In this document: positions 56,406 through 64,000 of the stretch, in pieces
Numbering within the stretch: position 1 is the stretch's first letter
Layout: each line of letters begins with the position of its first letter
Source: Anaerolineae bacterium
GTDB lineage: Bacteria; Chloroflexota; Anaerolineae; Anaerolineales; UBA6663
Length of the DNA: 64,000 nucleotides
Direction: 5' to 3'
NCBI GenBank assembly: GCA_037442085.1
Contig: JBBIQY010000002.1
Location: 6,583 to 70,582, forward strand
The notes under the pieces: generated by a model
Told to the model about the DNA's origin: nothing
Seen by the model: only the letters and a program-made list of their open reading frames with translations
Databases searched by the model: none
Translations under genes and position numbers: made by a program

Positions 56406-57560
56406 ATGACCACCAACCCTCATCGCTTTGAGACCCTCGCCATCCACGCCGGGCAAACGCCGGACCCGACGACCGGCGCCGTGATGACGCCGATTTATCA
56501 GACCTCGACTTACGCGCAGGCCGGGGTCGGCGAGCATAAAGGGTATGAATACGCACGCACCGGCAACCCGACGCGCAGCGCGCTGGAGGCCTGCCTGGCC
56601 GCGCTCGAGGGCGCGCCGTTCGGGCTGGCATTTGCCTCGGGCATGGCGGCCATTGATACGCTCTGTAAACTGCTCAACCCCGGCGACCATGTGCTGGCGA
56701 GCAATGACGTCTACGGCGGCACGTTTCGTCTGTTCGATAGGCAGTACAGAAAATACGGGATCGAGTTCTCGTACGCCGAGCTGACCGATCTTCAAGCCGT
56801 CAGGGAGGCCTTGCGGCCCAACACCCGCTGGGTGTGGATCGAGACACCGACCAACCCACGCCTGAAGGTGGTGGACATCCGCGCCGTCGCCGAGATCGCG
56901 CACGCCCATGACCCACAAATCAAAGTCGTGGTGGACAACACCTTTGCCACGCCCTACCTGCAACAGCCGCTGGCGCTGGGCGCGGAGGTGGTGATCCACA
57001 GCACGACGAAGTACCTGGGTGGTCACTCGGACGTGGTGGGCGGCGCGCTGTTGACTCGCGATGAGGCCCTCTACGAGCAGATGAAGTTTTTGCAGAACGC
57101 GGCGGGCGCGGTGCCGGGGCCGATGGACTGCTTCCTGGTGCTGCGCGGCCTCAAGACTCTGCCCGTGCGCATGGAGCGGCACGGCGAAAATGCGCTGGCC
57201 ATCGCACAATTTCTGGCCGATCACCCTAAAGTGGCCGAGGTCATCTACCCCGGCCTGGACACGCACCCACAGCACGCTGTGGCGCGGCGACAGATGCGCA
57301 ACGCCGGCGGCATGGTCTCGTTTTTTATCAGAGGCGATGCCGAAGCGACGCGGGCGCTGGTGGCGCGCACCAACCTGTTCGCGCTGGCCGAATCGTTGGG
57401 CGGGGTCGAGTCGCTCATCGAGCTGCCGGCGGCGATGACGCACGGCTCGACTCGCGGCTCGCCGCTGGAGGTGGGGCCGGGCCTGATCCGGCTCTCGGTG
57501 GGGCTGGAGCACAAGCAGGACTTGATTGACGACCTGGCGCAGGCGCTGGCGCAAGTGTAG
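56406..57560 (+). CDS. Cys/Met-metabolism PLP enzyme (cystathionine gamma-synthase / beta-lyase / gamma-lyase family)
   Basis: FETLAIHAGQ, YARTGNPT, and PLP-lysine motif STTKYLGGHSDVVGG. Confidence 0.9.
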   Translation: MTTNPHRFETLAIHAGQTPDPTTGAVMTPIYQTSTYAQAGVGEHKGYEYARTGNPTRSALEACLAALEGAPFGLAFASGMAAIDTLCKLLNPGDHVLASNDVYGGTFRLFDRQYRKYGIEFSYAELTDLQAVREALRPNTRWVWIETPTNPRLKVVDIRAVAEIAHAHDPQIKVVVDNTFATPYLQQPLALGAEVVIHSTTKYLGGHSDVVGGALLTRDEALYEQMKFLQNAAGAVPGPMDCFLVLRGLKTLPVRMERHGENALAIAQFLADHPKVAEVIYPGLDTHPQHAVARRQMRNAGGMVSFFIRGDAEATRALVARTNLFALAESLGGVESLIELPAAMTHGSTRGSPLEVGPGLIRLSVGLEHKQDLIDDLAQALAQV

Positions 57561-57563
57561 ACC

Positions 57564-57821
57564 ATGCCCCTCTCCCTCAACTGTCCCACCTGCGGCGCGC
57601 CGCTCCAAGGGCCGCGCGGCGCCGGCGAGATCTGGATGCGCTCCAACACGTTGAACGACAACCGGTTCTTCGGCCTGGTTGAGGGCACCGGGATACTCGA
57701 CGCGGTGTTGACGACGCCCGATGAGGCCGTATGCCGAAAATTGTGTAATTCGGCCTGTAGGCGCGGGTCTGAGAGCCGCGCCTACGAAATTACACACAAA
57801 TCGGCAAACCGCCCCCGATGA
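57564..57821 (+). CDS. Doubtful small ORF (N-terminal CPTCG half-ribbon); its 3' half is the long hairpin
   Basis: ATG lies 4 nt after the upstream stop. No full motif. Codons 57-81 are the palindromic element. Confidence 0.25.
   Translation: MPLSLNCPTCGAPLQGPRGAGEIWMRSNTLNDNRFFGLVEGTGILDAVLTTPDEAVCRKLCNSACRRGSESRAYEITHKSANRPR
57733..57805. repeat. Long two-segment imperfect palindrome
   Basis: Inner perfect 10-bp stem GTAGGCGCGG (57757-57766) / CCGCGCCTAC (57776-57785). Outer 9-bp stem TGTGTAATT / AATTACACA. Flanks GCCGA / TCGGC. Confidence 0.7.
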
Positions 57822-57886
57822 CGAGAAGATCGTGCTTGGGCCGAAGAGTGACGATTGATACTCGATGATTCACCCATCAGTTTTCC

Positions 57887-59068
57887 GTGCTCCGCCTGAT
57901 CCCTTTCCTCCTCGCGCTCTTCCTCATCGCCGCACTGTTGCGGGTAGATTTCTTCTTCACGCTGGCCTATCTGTTCTTCGGGGTGTACGTGCTCTCGCGG
58001 TTAGGGGGCCAGCGCGCTCTGCCGCAGCTTGCCATCAGGCGTGAGTTTGTGCGCCGCGCCTTCCACGGCGACGAGGTATCCGTGACCGTGACGGTGCACA
58101 ACAACGGCCGCCTGCCGCTGACCTGGGTGCATGTGCGCGAGTCGCTGCCGGTGGAGCTGGGCGTGCCCGCTCGCCAGAACCACGTTCTCAGCCTCAACCC
58201 GCGCGAGGCGCGCCATCTGAGCTACACCCTGCACTGCCGCAAGCGCGGCGTGTATGCGCTCGGCCCGCTCCAGGTGCGCACCGGCGACCTGTTCGGCCTG
58301 ACGCCGCCGGCCAGCGCCGAAGCGCCGCCTGACCGCCTCATCGTCTACCCGCGCGTCGTGCCGCTGGAGAAGTTGGGCCTGCCCACCCGCTCGCCGCTGG
58401 CCGCCATCCCGGCGCGAACGCCGCTATTCGAAGACCCGGCCCGCGTCACCGGCGTGCGTGATTACGTCCCCGGCGACTCGCTGCGCCGCATCCACTGGAC
58501 GGCCACCGCCAGCGCCGGGCGACTGCTCGTGAAGAACTACCGGCCCGCCATCGCGCGCGAGACCGTCATCTGCCTGGACCTGAACGCGGAGAGTTACGAC
58601 ATCCGCGGACGCTACGACGCGATCGAACTCGCCATCACGGCGGCGGCCTCGGTGGCCAACCACGTGATTGTGCGCGAGCGCCAGCCAGCCGGCCTGGTAA
58701 CCGAAGCGCGCGACAAGCTGACCGACGTCACTGCACGCTTCGTGCTGCCGGCGCAGGCCGGGCGCGCGCACCTGATGAACGTGCTGGAGGCGTTGGCCCG
58801 CGCGCAGTTCACACAGGGCTGCTGGTTCCCGCAATTGGTGCGGAAGGAAAGCATGCATCTGGCCTGGGGCACGACCCTCGTCATCATCACCGGCCACGAA
58901 GCCTCGCTCCTCGAGACGCTGGCCCAATTGCGGCAGGCGGGCTTCCCGGTGGCGCTGATCCTCGTCCAATCGGCCCGCCCCTCCGCTGCTACCCGTCAGC
59001 GCGCCGCGTTGCTCCATATTCCCGTCTACCTGCTCTGGCGCGAGCGCGACCTGGAGAGTCTGGCGTGA
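57887..59068 (+). CDS. DUF58-family protein (vWA-like, usually MoxR-associated)
   Basis: N-terminal TM, signature VRDYVPGDSLRRIHW. GTG start. Confidence 0.8.
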   Translation: MLRLIPFLLALFLIAALLRVDFFFTLAYLFFGVYVLSRLGGQRALPQLAIRREFVRRAFHGDEVSVTVTVHNNGRLPLTWVHVRESLPVELGVPARQNHVLSLNPREARHLSYTLHCRKRGVYALGPLQVRTGDLFGLTPPASAEAPPDRLIVYPRVVPLEKLGLPTRSPLAAIPARTPLFEDPARVTGVRDYVPGDSLRRIHWTATASAGRLLVKNYRPAIARETVICLDLNAESYDIRGRYDAIELAITAAASVANHVIVRERQPAGLVTEARDKLTDVTARFVLPAQAGRAHLMNVLEALARAQFTQGCWFPQLVRKESMHLAWGTTLVIITGHEASLLETLAQLRQAGFPVALILVQSARPSAATRQRAALLHIPVYLLWRERDLESLA

Positions 59069-60630
59069 AGGACGGCCGGCTTAACGATCTCGCTCACCCC
59101 CTGTTGCTCGCCCTTATGGCGGGCTGTGTGGCGTGGTCCGTGACCGAGCTGTTGCAGCTTTTCTTCCCGTTCTGGAACCAGTCGTGGACGGTGGCCGCCT
59201 GCGTCATCGCCGCGCTGGAGGCCAGCCTCTCCTACCAGATACTGCGCAGCCGGCAGATTTTTCTCAACGACCGCTGGAAGTTACGCGCGGTGGAATTAGC
59301 CTTCCTGTTTGTCATTATCAAGCTAGGCCGTTACTTGGGCCAGCCGCTCGACGTTTTTCTGGCCGAGCTGCAACAGTGGCCGCGCGATTGGTGGCGCATC
59401 CTCGACCCCGAGACGGTCGTCAACTTCTTGCTGGCGCTGGGCGCGCTCTTCCTCGTCAACGACACGCTGGCCGACCTCGACGAGCTGCGCGACCCAGAGC
59501 GCGTCTTCTCACCCATCTCGCCGCGTGACTCCATCATCAGCCGCTTTTTCTACGGCGGCTTGATTCTGTTGATCGCTTCCGGCGTCGCGCGGCTCGGGAT
59601 CATGGAGCTGCTGGATTTTGGACGGCCGGCTGTGTCGGGCCTCATTCTGAACGCTCTCCTCTATTTCCTGCTGGGCCTGGCGCTGCTGGCACAGGCCAAT
59701 TACGCGCACTGGTCGGCGGTTTGGCAGAGCGAGGGCGCAGCGGTCAGCAGCCAATTGGCCGGGCGCTGGCTGCGGCATTCCCTCCTCTTCGTCCTGCTCG
59801 TCGCCGCCATTGCGTTTTCCCTACCCACGTTCTACGGCGAAGGCGTGCTAGGCATCATCGCCGCACTAATCTCGGGCCTGGTCTTTGGCCTGTACATTGT
59901 GTCCGTTCTGATTGCGAGCCTGATCGCCGCGCTGCTCACCTGGCTCGCGCCGCCCGCTCCGGACCTGCCGCCGCCAACCGCTCCGCTCCCGACCCCGGCT
60001 CCCACCGCCGCGCCGACGCCCCCGCCCGGCCCCATCCCGCCGCCGCTGACCATTCCCGGCATTGACCTGGAATTGCTGCGTTCTCTAGCCTTCTGGCTCG
60101 TCGTCGCGGCGATGGTGGGCTACATCGTCTTCGCCTATTTGCGCGAGCGGCCCGAACTGGTGCAGGCCATCAAGAACGCGCGGTTGTTCCGCGCCCTGCG
60201 CCGGCTGGTGGATCTCCTGCTGCGGCAAACAGGCCACTGGGCTGAGGCCGTGCGCGCGCTGCACCCCCTCGAACGGCTGCGCGAATTGTTCACGCGCCTG
60301 CCCGTGCCCGCGCCCCGCTTCTTCCGGCTGGGCGGTGCGACGCCGCGCGAGCAGGTGTTGTACTTTTACCTGAGCACGTTACGCCGCGCCGGGCAACTGG
60401 GCTTTCCGCGTCAGCCACCGCAGACGCCGGATGAGTACGACCCGGTGCTCGAACGCAAGCTGGAGGAAGCGCAGGCCGAGGTGCGCGCACTGACCGAGGC
60501 CTTCGACCAGGCGCGTTACAGCGCTGCGCCGGTGGAGAAAGAAAAGGCTAGGGAAACGAAAGCCGCCTGGGAAAGGGTGCGCGCGGCGCTGCAGCGGTTG
60601 AAGAACACGAGACGTCAGGACACGCCGTAA
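59065..60630 (+). CDS. Polytopic membrane protein with Pro-rich linker and C-terminal DUF4129-like domain
   Basis: GTGA overlap with the DUF58 gene. C-terminus QTPDEYDPVLE...AFDQARYSAAP matches the DUF4129 pattern. Confidence 0.7.
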   Translation: MKDGRLNDLAHPLLLALMAGCVAWSVTELLQLFFPFWNQSWTVAACVIAALEASLSYQILRSRQIFLNDRWKLRAVELAFLFVIIKLGRYLGQPLDVFLAELQQWPRDWWRILDPETVVNFLLALGALFLVNDTLADLDELRDPERVFSPISPRDSIISRFFYGGLILLIASGVARLGIMELLDFGRPAVSGLILNALLYFLLGLALLAQANYAHWSAVWQSEGAAVSSQLAGRWLRHSLLFVLLVAAIAFSLPTFYGEGVLGIIAALISGLVFGLYIVSVLIASLIAALLTWLAPPAPDLPPPTAPLPTPAPTAAPTPPPGPIPPPLTIPGIDLELLRSLAFWLVVAAMVGYIVFAYLRERPELVQAIKNARLFRALRRLVDLLLRQTGHWAEAVRALHPLERLRELFTRLPVPAPRFFRLGGATPREQVLYFYLSTLRRAGQLGFPRQPPQTPDEYDPVLERKLEEAQAEVRALTEAFDQARYSAAPVEKEKARETKAAWERVRAALQRLKNTRRQDTP

Positions 60631-60676
60631 ACGGTGAAACCGCCCCCGGCAGCCGGGAGCACCTCAACTGTGCCCT

Positions 60677-60985
60677 TCAGGATGGTCGTAGCATGACCCC
60701 TCGCCAGCCTTTCGAGCTTCGCTCACGGCACACATTTGCCCGGCAGGAATATGCTGGCGCTACGCGCTTCGACCGGCCGCGACCGTAGGAGAGCAACATT
60801 TCATCGCGCCCAGCAAACACGTTCAGCTTGCCAGCCGACAATTGCAACACACCGGCGAAGTCTGCCAGATCATCATCAGTGAACTTGATGCCGCGCAGAT
60901 TAGGGATCTGCTCGCAAGCCAGCGGGAGGAACGCGGCCATTTGCAGATGGACGCCCGTCAATATAGGGATGTGATAATAATTCAT
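60677..60985 (-). pseudogene. Remnant of a DHDPS/N-acetylneuraminate lyase-family gene
   Basis: YYHIPILTGVHL....IPNLRGIKFTDDDL....VFAGRDEMLL matches the middle of the family. The N-terminal ~100 aa are missing, the frame is lost after DEMLLS, and GC is visibly lower. Confidence 0.5.
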
Positions 60986-61022
60986 AAACTACTCTCACTC
61001 AATTCTCGATCTTCGGAGTTCG

Positions 61023-61874
61023 ATGCAAACGAAAACCTCATTTCTCTTCGGCACCGTCGGCGCTCCGCTCTCCACCGCCAAAAAACCGGGCGGCACGGTC
61101 GGCGGGATTGCGCGCACCGCCGAGCTGGGCCTGAGCGCGCTGGAGCTGGCCTGGGTTCAGAGCGTGCGCGTCACCGAGGCCAAATGCGCGGAGATCAAAG
61201 CCGCCGGCACGGAGCACCAAGTCGCTCTCTCCGTTCACGCGCCCTACTTCATCAACCTCAACGCCACCCGCGACGAATGGCCCAAGAGCCGCAAACGCCT
61301 GATGGACGCCGCGCACTATGGTCACCTGGCCGGCGCGACGGACGTGATCTTCCACCCCGGCTCGTACTTTGGCCGCGATCCCAAAGAAGTGCTGCAAGTG
61401 GCCGTGCCGCGCCTGCGCGAGTGTGTCAGGGAGTTGCGCGACGCAGGCAATCCCATCACGTTACGCCCGGAGACGATGGGCAAGAGCGCCATGCTCGGCT
61501 CGCTGGAGGATACGGTCGTCATGGCGGAAGAGATCGAGGGCGTGTTGCCGTGTATTGACTTCGCCCACCTGCACGCGCGCACCGGCGATGGCGCGGCCAA
61601 CAGCTACCCGGAATGGGCGGCGATGTTGACGCTGATGAAAAAGCGCCTGGGCGCGAGCGCGCTCAAGCACCTGCACATCCACCTCTCCGGCATCGCCTAC
61701 GGCCCCAAAGGTGAGAAACACCACCTGATGCTGGCCGAAGCCGATTTGAAGTACAAAGACCTGTTCAAGGCTTTACACGATTTCAAGTGCGCGGGCCGCA
61801 TCTTGTGTGAAAGCCCGATCATGGAGGACGACGCGCTGGTGATGCAGCGGGCATGGTCGAGGGTTGCCGGTTGA
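61023..61874 (+). CDS. Endonuclease IV / xylose-isomerase-like TIM-barrel protein
   Basis: VHAPYFINL, IFHPGS, LRPETMG, CIDFAHLHA and HIHLSG resemble the Nfo metal-ligand motifs. Confidence 0.65.
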   Translation: MQTKTSFLFGTVGAPLSTAKKPGGTVGGIARTAELGLSALELAWVQSVRVTEAKCAEIKAAGTEHQVALSVHAPYFINLNATRDEWPKSRKRLMDAAHYGHLAGATDVIFHPGSYFGRDPKEVLQVAVPRLRECVRELRDAGNPITLRPETMGKSAMLGSLEDTVVMAEEIEGVLPCIDFAHLHARTGDGAANSYPEWAAMLTLMKKRLGASALKHLHIHLSGIAYGPKGEKHHLMLAEADLKYKDLFKALHDFKCAGRILCESPIMEDDALVMQRAWSRVAG

Positions 61875-61961
61875 AAGTTACAGGCACATCATTCAACCTT
61901 CAACTCTTAACCCAGCCTTCATTTCCATACCAACACATACCAACCTACTCAACGGACTTGC

Positions 61962-62741
61962 TTGAATGATATCGAATGGAACGTGATTACGCCACTGTTG
62001 CCCCAGCCGACGGAAGGCCGTCCCCGGGCCTGGCCGCTGCGGGAAATCTTGAACGCCCTCTTTTATGTGGTGCAGGCGGGCTGTGCCTGGTGGCTGTTGC
62101 CGCACGAATTTCCGCCGTGGAAGACGGTGTATTCGCACTTCTGGCGCTGGCGCAAAGCGGGGATCTGGGAACAACTCAATGCCGCCCTGGTGGAAATCGT
62201 TCGCCAGCGGGCCGGGCGTGACCCGCACCCCAGTGCGGCCGTGATTGACAGCCAGAGCGTGAAAAGCGCCGCAGGCGGCACAGAGTTGGGCGTGGATGTG
62301 GATAAGCAAAGGCATGGGCGCAAGCGCCATATTGTGGTGGATCCCTTGGGCTTGCTCTTACTCGTTGTCGTGCATAGCGCCGGAACCCCGGACGGGAACG
62401 GCGGCAAACAGACCTTGCAAGCGTTGTTTGACCGGATCAAGCGCAGCGTCCACAACCGCTGGTGCCGCTTGAAGAAAATCTGGGCCGACGGCGCCTACGC
62501 AGACATCGTCGCCTTCGTCCGGAAAACCTTTGGGTGGACGCTCGAAATCGTGCGCCGCCCGGATGGAGCCAAAGGCTTTGTCGTCCTCGCCCGCCGTCGG
62601 GTCGTGGAACGCACTTTCGCTTGGCTCACGCGCTCCCGCCGACTCGCCCGCGATTATGAACGCCGCCCGGCCACCCACGAAGCGATGGTGTACATCGCCA
62701 GCATTCGCCGGAGGCTCAGACTTTGTAAGGCATCCGCCTAG
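61962..62741 (+). mobile_element. IS5-family (IS4/IS5 DDE) transposase ORF; element ends not identified
   Basis: N-terminus WNVITPLLP..GRPRAWPLREILNALFYVVQAGCAWWLLP..FPPWKTVYSHFWRW. DDE residues in AVIDSQSVKS, IWADGAY and VVERTFAWL. Only a TTG start. No convincing terminal inverted repeats. Confidence 0.8.
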
Positions 62742-62984
62742 TTTGAGGACGCTCTCTTAGGTAGAGGCAGCCGTGGGGAGCACGACGACGAGCGTAGCAA
62801 CAGGCGCTGCGACCGTAGGCGGTGTTGCCGACAGGCTCGGCCGGAAGACAAACACAGCTAGCAACAAGCCGAGGTTGAGTGAGAGCAAGGCCCAGAGTGC
62901 GGTTTCGAAGCGGCGGCGCATGGCGAATGTGACTATAACATCGGCAGAGCCGCCCTCCAAATTCGATTACAATTCTGCCCCAGC

Positions 62985-64000
62985 ATGCCTTTCCAAATCG
63001 CGCAGCGCGTCGCCTCGTTCGGCGTCACCATTTTCAGCGAGATGTCACGCCTGGCCGGCGAGCACGGGGCCGTCAACCTCGGCCAGGGCTTCCCCGATTT
63101 CGACGGGCCGGAGGCGGCCAAGGAGGCCGCAATCGCCGCACTGCGCGCCGGCGAGAACCAGTACGCGCCCACCACCGGCACGCCGCCGCTGCGCCGCGCC
63201 ATCGCCGCCCACGCCCGGCGCTTTTACGGGCAGGCCGTTGACCCCGACACGGAGGTGACGGTGACCAGCGGCGCGACCGAGGCCATGTTCGCCGCCCTGC
63301 TCGGTCTGCTCAATCCCGGCGATGAGGTCGTCTTCTTCGAGCCTTACTTCGACACGTACATGCCGCACTGCGCTATGCTGGGCCTCGTCCCGCGCTGCAT
63401 CCCCCTGCGCGCAAACGCTCTGCGTTCGACCACCGCGCCCGGCGCGACCTGGTCGTTCAACCCCGCCGAACTGGCCGCGGCTTTCAACCCGCGCACGCGC
63501 CTGCTGCTGCTCAACACGCCGCACAACCCCACCGGCAAAGTCTTCACCGCTGATGAGCTGGCCCTGATCGCCGAACTGTGTGTGAGGTGGAACGTCATCG
63601 CGCTCAGCGACGAAGTCTACGAGCATCTCGTCTACGACGGCGCGCGGCACATCCGCCTGGCAACATTGCCCGGCATGGCCGAGCGCACCATCACCGTCGA
63701 GAGTAGCGGCAAGATGTTCAACTTCACCGGCTGGAAGATCGGCTGGGCGATTGCGCCGCCGGCGCTCACTGCCGGCCTACGGCGCGTGCACCAGTACATC
63801 ACGTTCTGCTCGGCGACGCCGCTCCAGGCCGCCGTCGCCGCGGCGCTCGAATCCGACGACGACTACTTTCGGACGCTGGCCGCGGACTATCAGGATAAGC
63901 GCGACTATCTCACGCGCGCCCTGACGGAGGTCGGCTTTCGCGTCAGCGGGTCGCAGGGCACCTACTTTCTCATGGCCGACTACTCGACGCTCGATCCGGC
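62985..64000 (+). CDS. Class I/II aminotransferase (methionine/kynurenine aminotransferase-like), 3'-truncated at window edge
   Basis: Read by hand and not in the track because there is no stop: NLGQGFPDF, NQYAPTTG, NTPHNPTGKVF, PLP-lysine motif SSGKMFNFTGWKIGW. Confidence 0.85.
   Translation, partial: MPFQIAQRVASFGVTIFSEMSRLAGEHGAVNLGQGFPDFDGPEAAKEAAIAALRAGENQYAPTTGTPPLRRAIAAHARRFYGQAVDPDTEVTVTSGATEAMFAALLGLLNPGDEVVFFEPYFDTYMPHCAMLGLVPRCIPLRANALRSTTAPGATWSFNPAELAAAFNPRTRLLLLNTPHNPTGKVFTADELALIAELCVRWNVIALSDEVYEHLVYDGARHIRLATLPGMAERTITVESSGKMFNFTGWKIGWAIAPPALTAGLRRVHQYITFCSATPLQAAVAAALESDDDYFRTLAADYQDKRDYLTRALTEVGFRVSGSQGTYFLMADYSTLDP

Noticed and set aside
62757-62960. 67-aa minus-strand ORF between the IS and the aminotransferase gene (hydrophobic, possible start at 62921)
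   Set aside because: There are no motifs and no SD, and it overlaps the likely aminotransferase promoter region. A small membrane peptide cannot be excluded, but there is no positive evidence for one.

Overview
GC-rich bacterial chromosomal window with strong GC3 bias, so most long antisense ORFs in the track are artefacts. About 50 genes are credible. No rRNA, CRISPR array, prophage or recognisable defence system was seen. Block 1 (nt 1-26,050) looks like a cytoplasmic sulfur-oxidation and lipoate supercluster. It contains a 5'-truncated HdrA-like gene, a hypothetical gene, an HdrD-like Fe-S/CCG protein, EtfB, EtfA and a membrane EMO-type Fe-S oxidoreductase, which is the type II sHdr-like layout. 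These are followed by three tandem GcvH/LbpA-like lipoyl carriers, an sLpl(AB)-like ligase, two radical-SAM LipS-type genes, two extra LplA paralogs, ApbC/Mrp, a signal-less molybdopterin oxidoreductase with a fused FeS-NrfD partner and a TorD-like chaperone, and MenA plus UbiE/MenG. Block 2 (26,090-47,385) is a very large GAF-domain sensory region. It holds a divergent histidine kinase with about 14 GAF modules, tRNA-Gly(CCC), two receiver proteins, two HAMP-GAF proteins, a hybrid kinase with about 8 GAF modules, and a threonine-synthase-like PLP enzyme fused to a receiver. Block 3 (47.4-60.6 kb) is mixed housekeeping and unknown genes, including a triad of paralogous zinc-ribbon proteins. 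Block 4 (60.7-62.8 kb) is a decay zone with a DHDPS-family remnant and an IS5-family transposase. The most unusual sequence-level signal is a family of hairpins built from tandem heptamers (CCAAACT arrays facing AGTTTGG arrays). They fill nearly every same-strand gene junction of the hdr-etf-lbpA-lipS stretch and pair CTCC strings with the GGAG-type Shine-Dalgarno candidates of the next cistron. Related CCAATCT heptamer tracts sit in frame inside several coding sequences. All functional calls come from motif recognition by eye. No database search was run.
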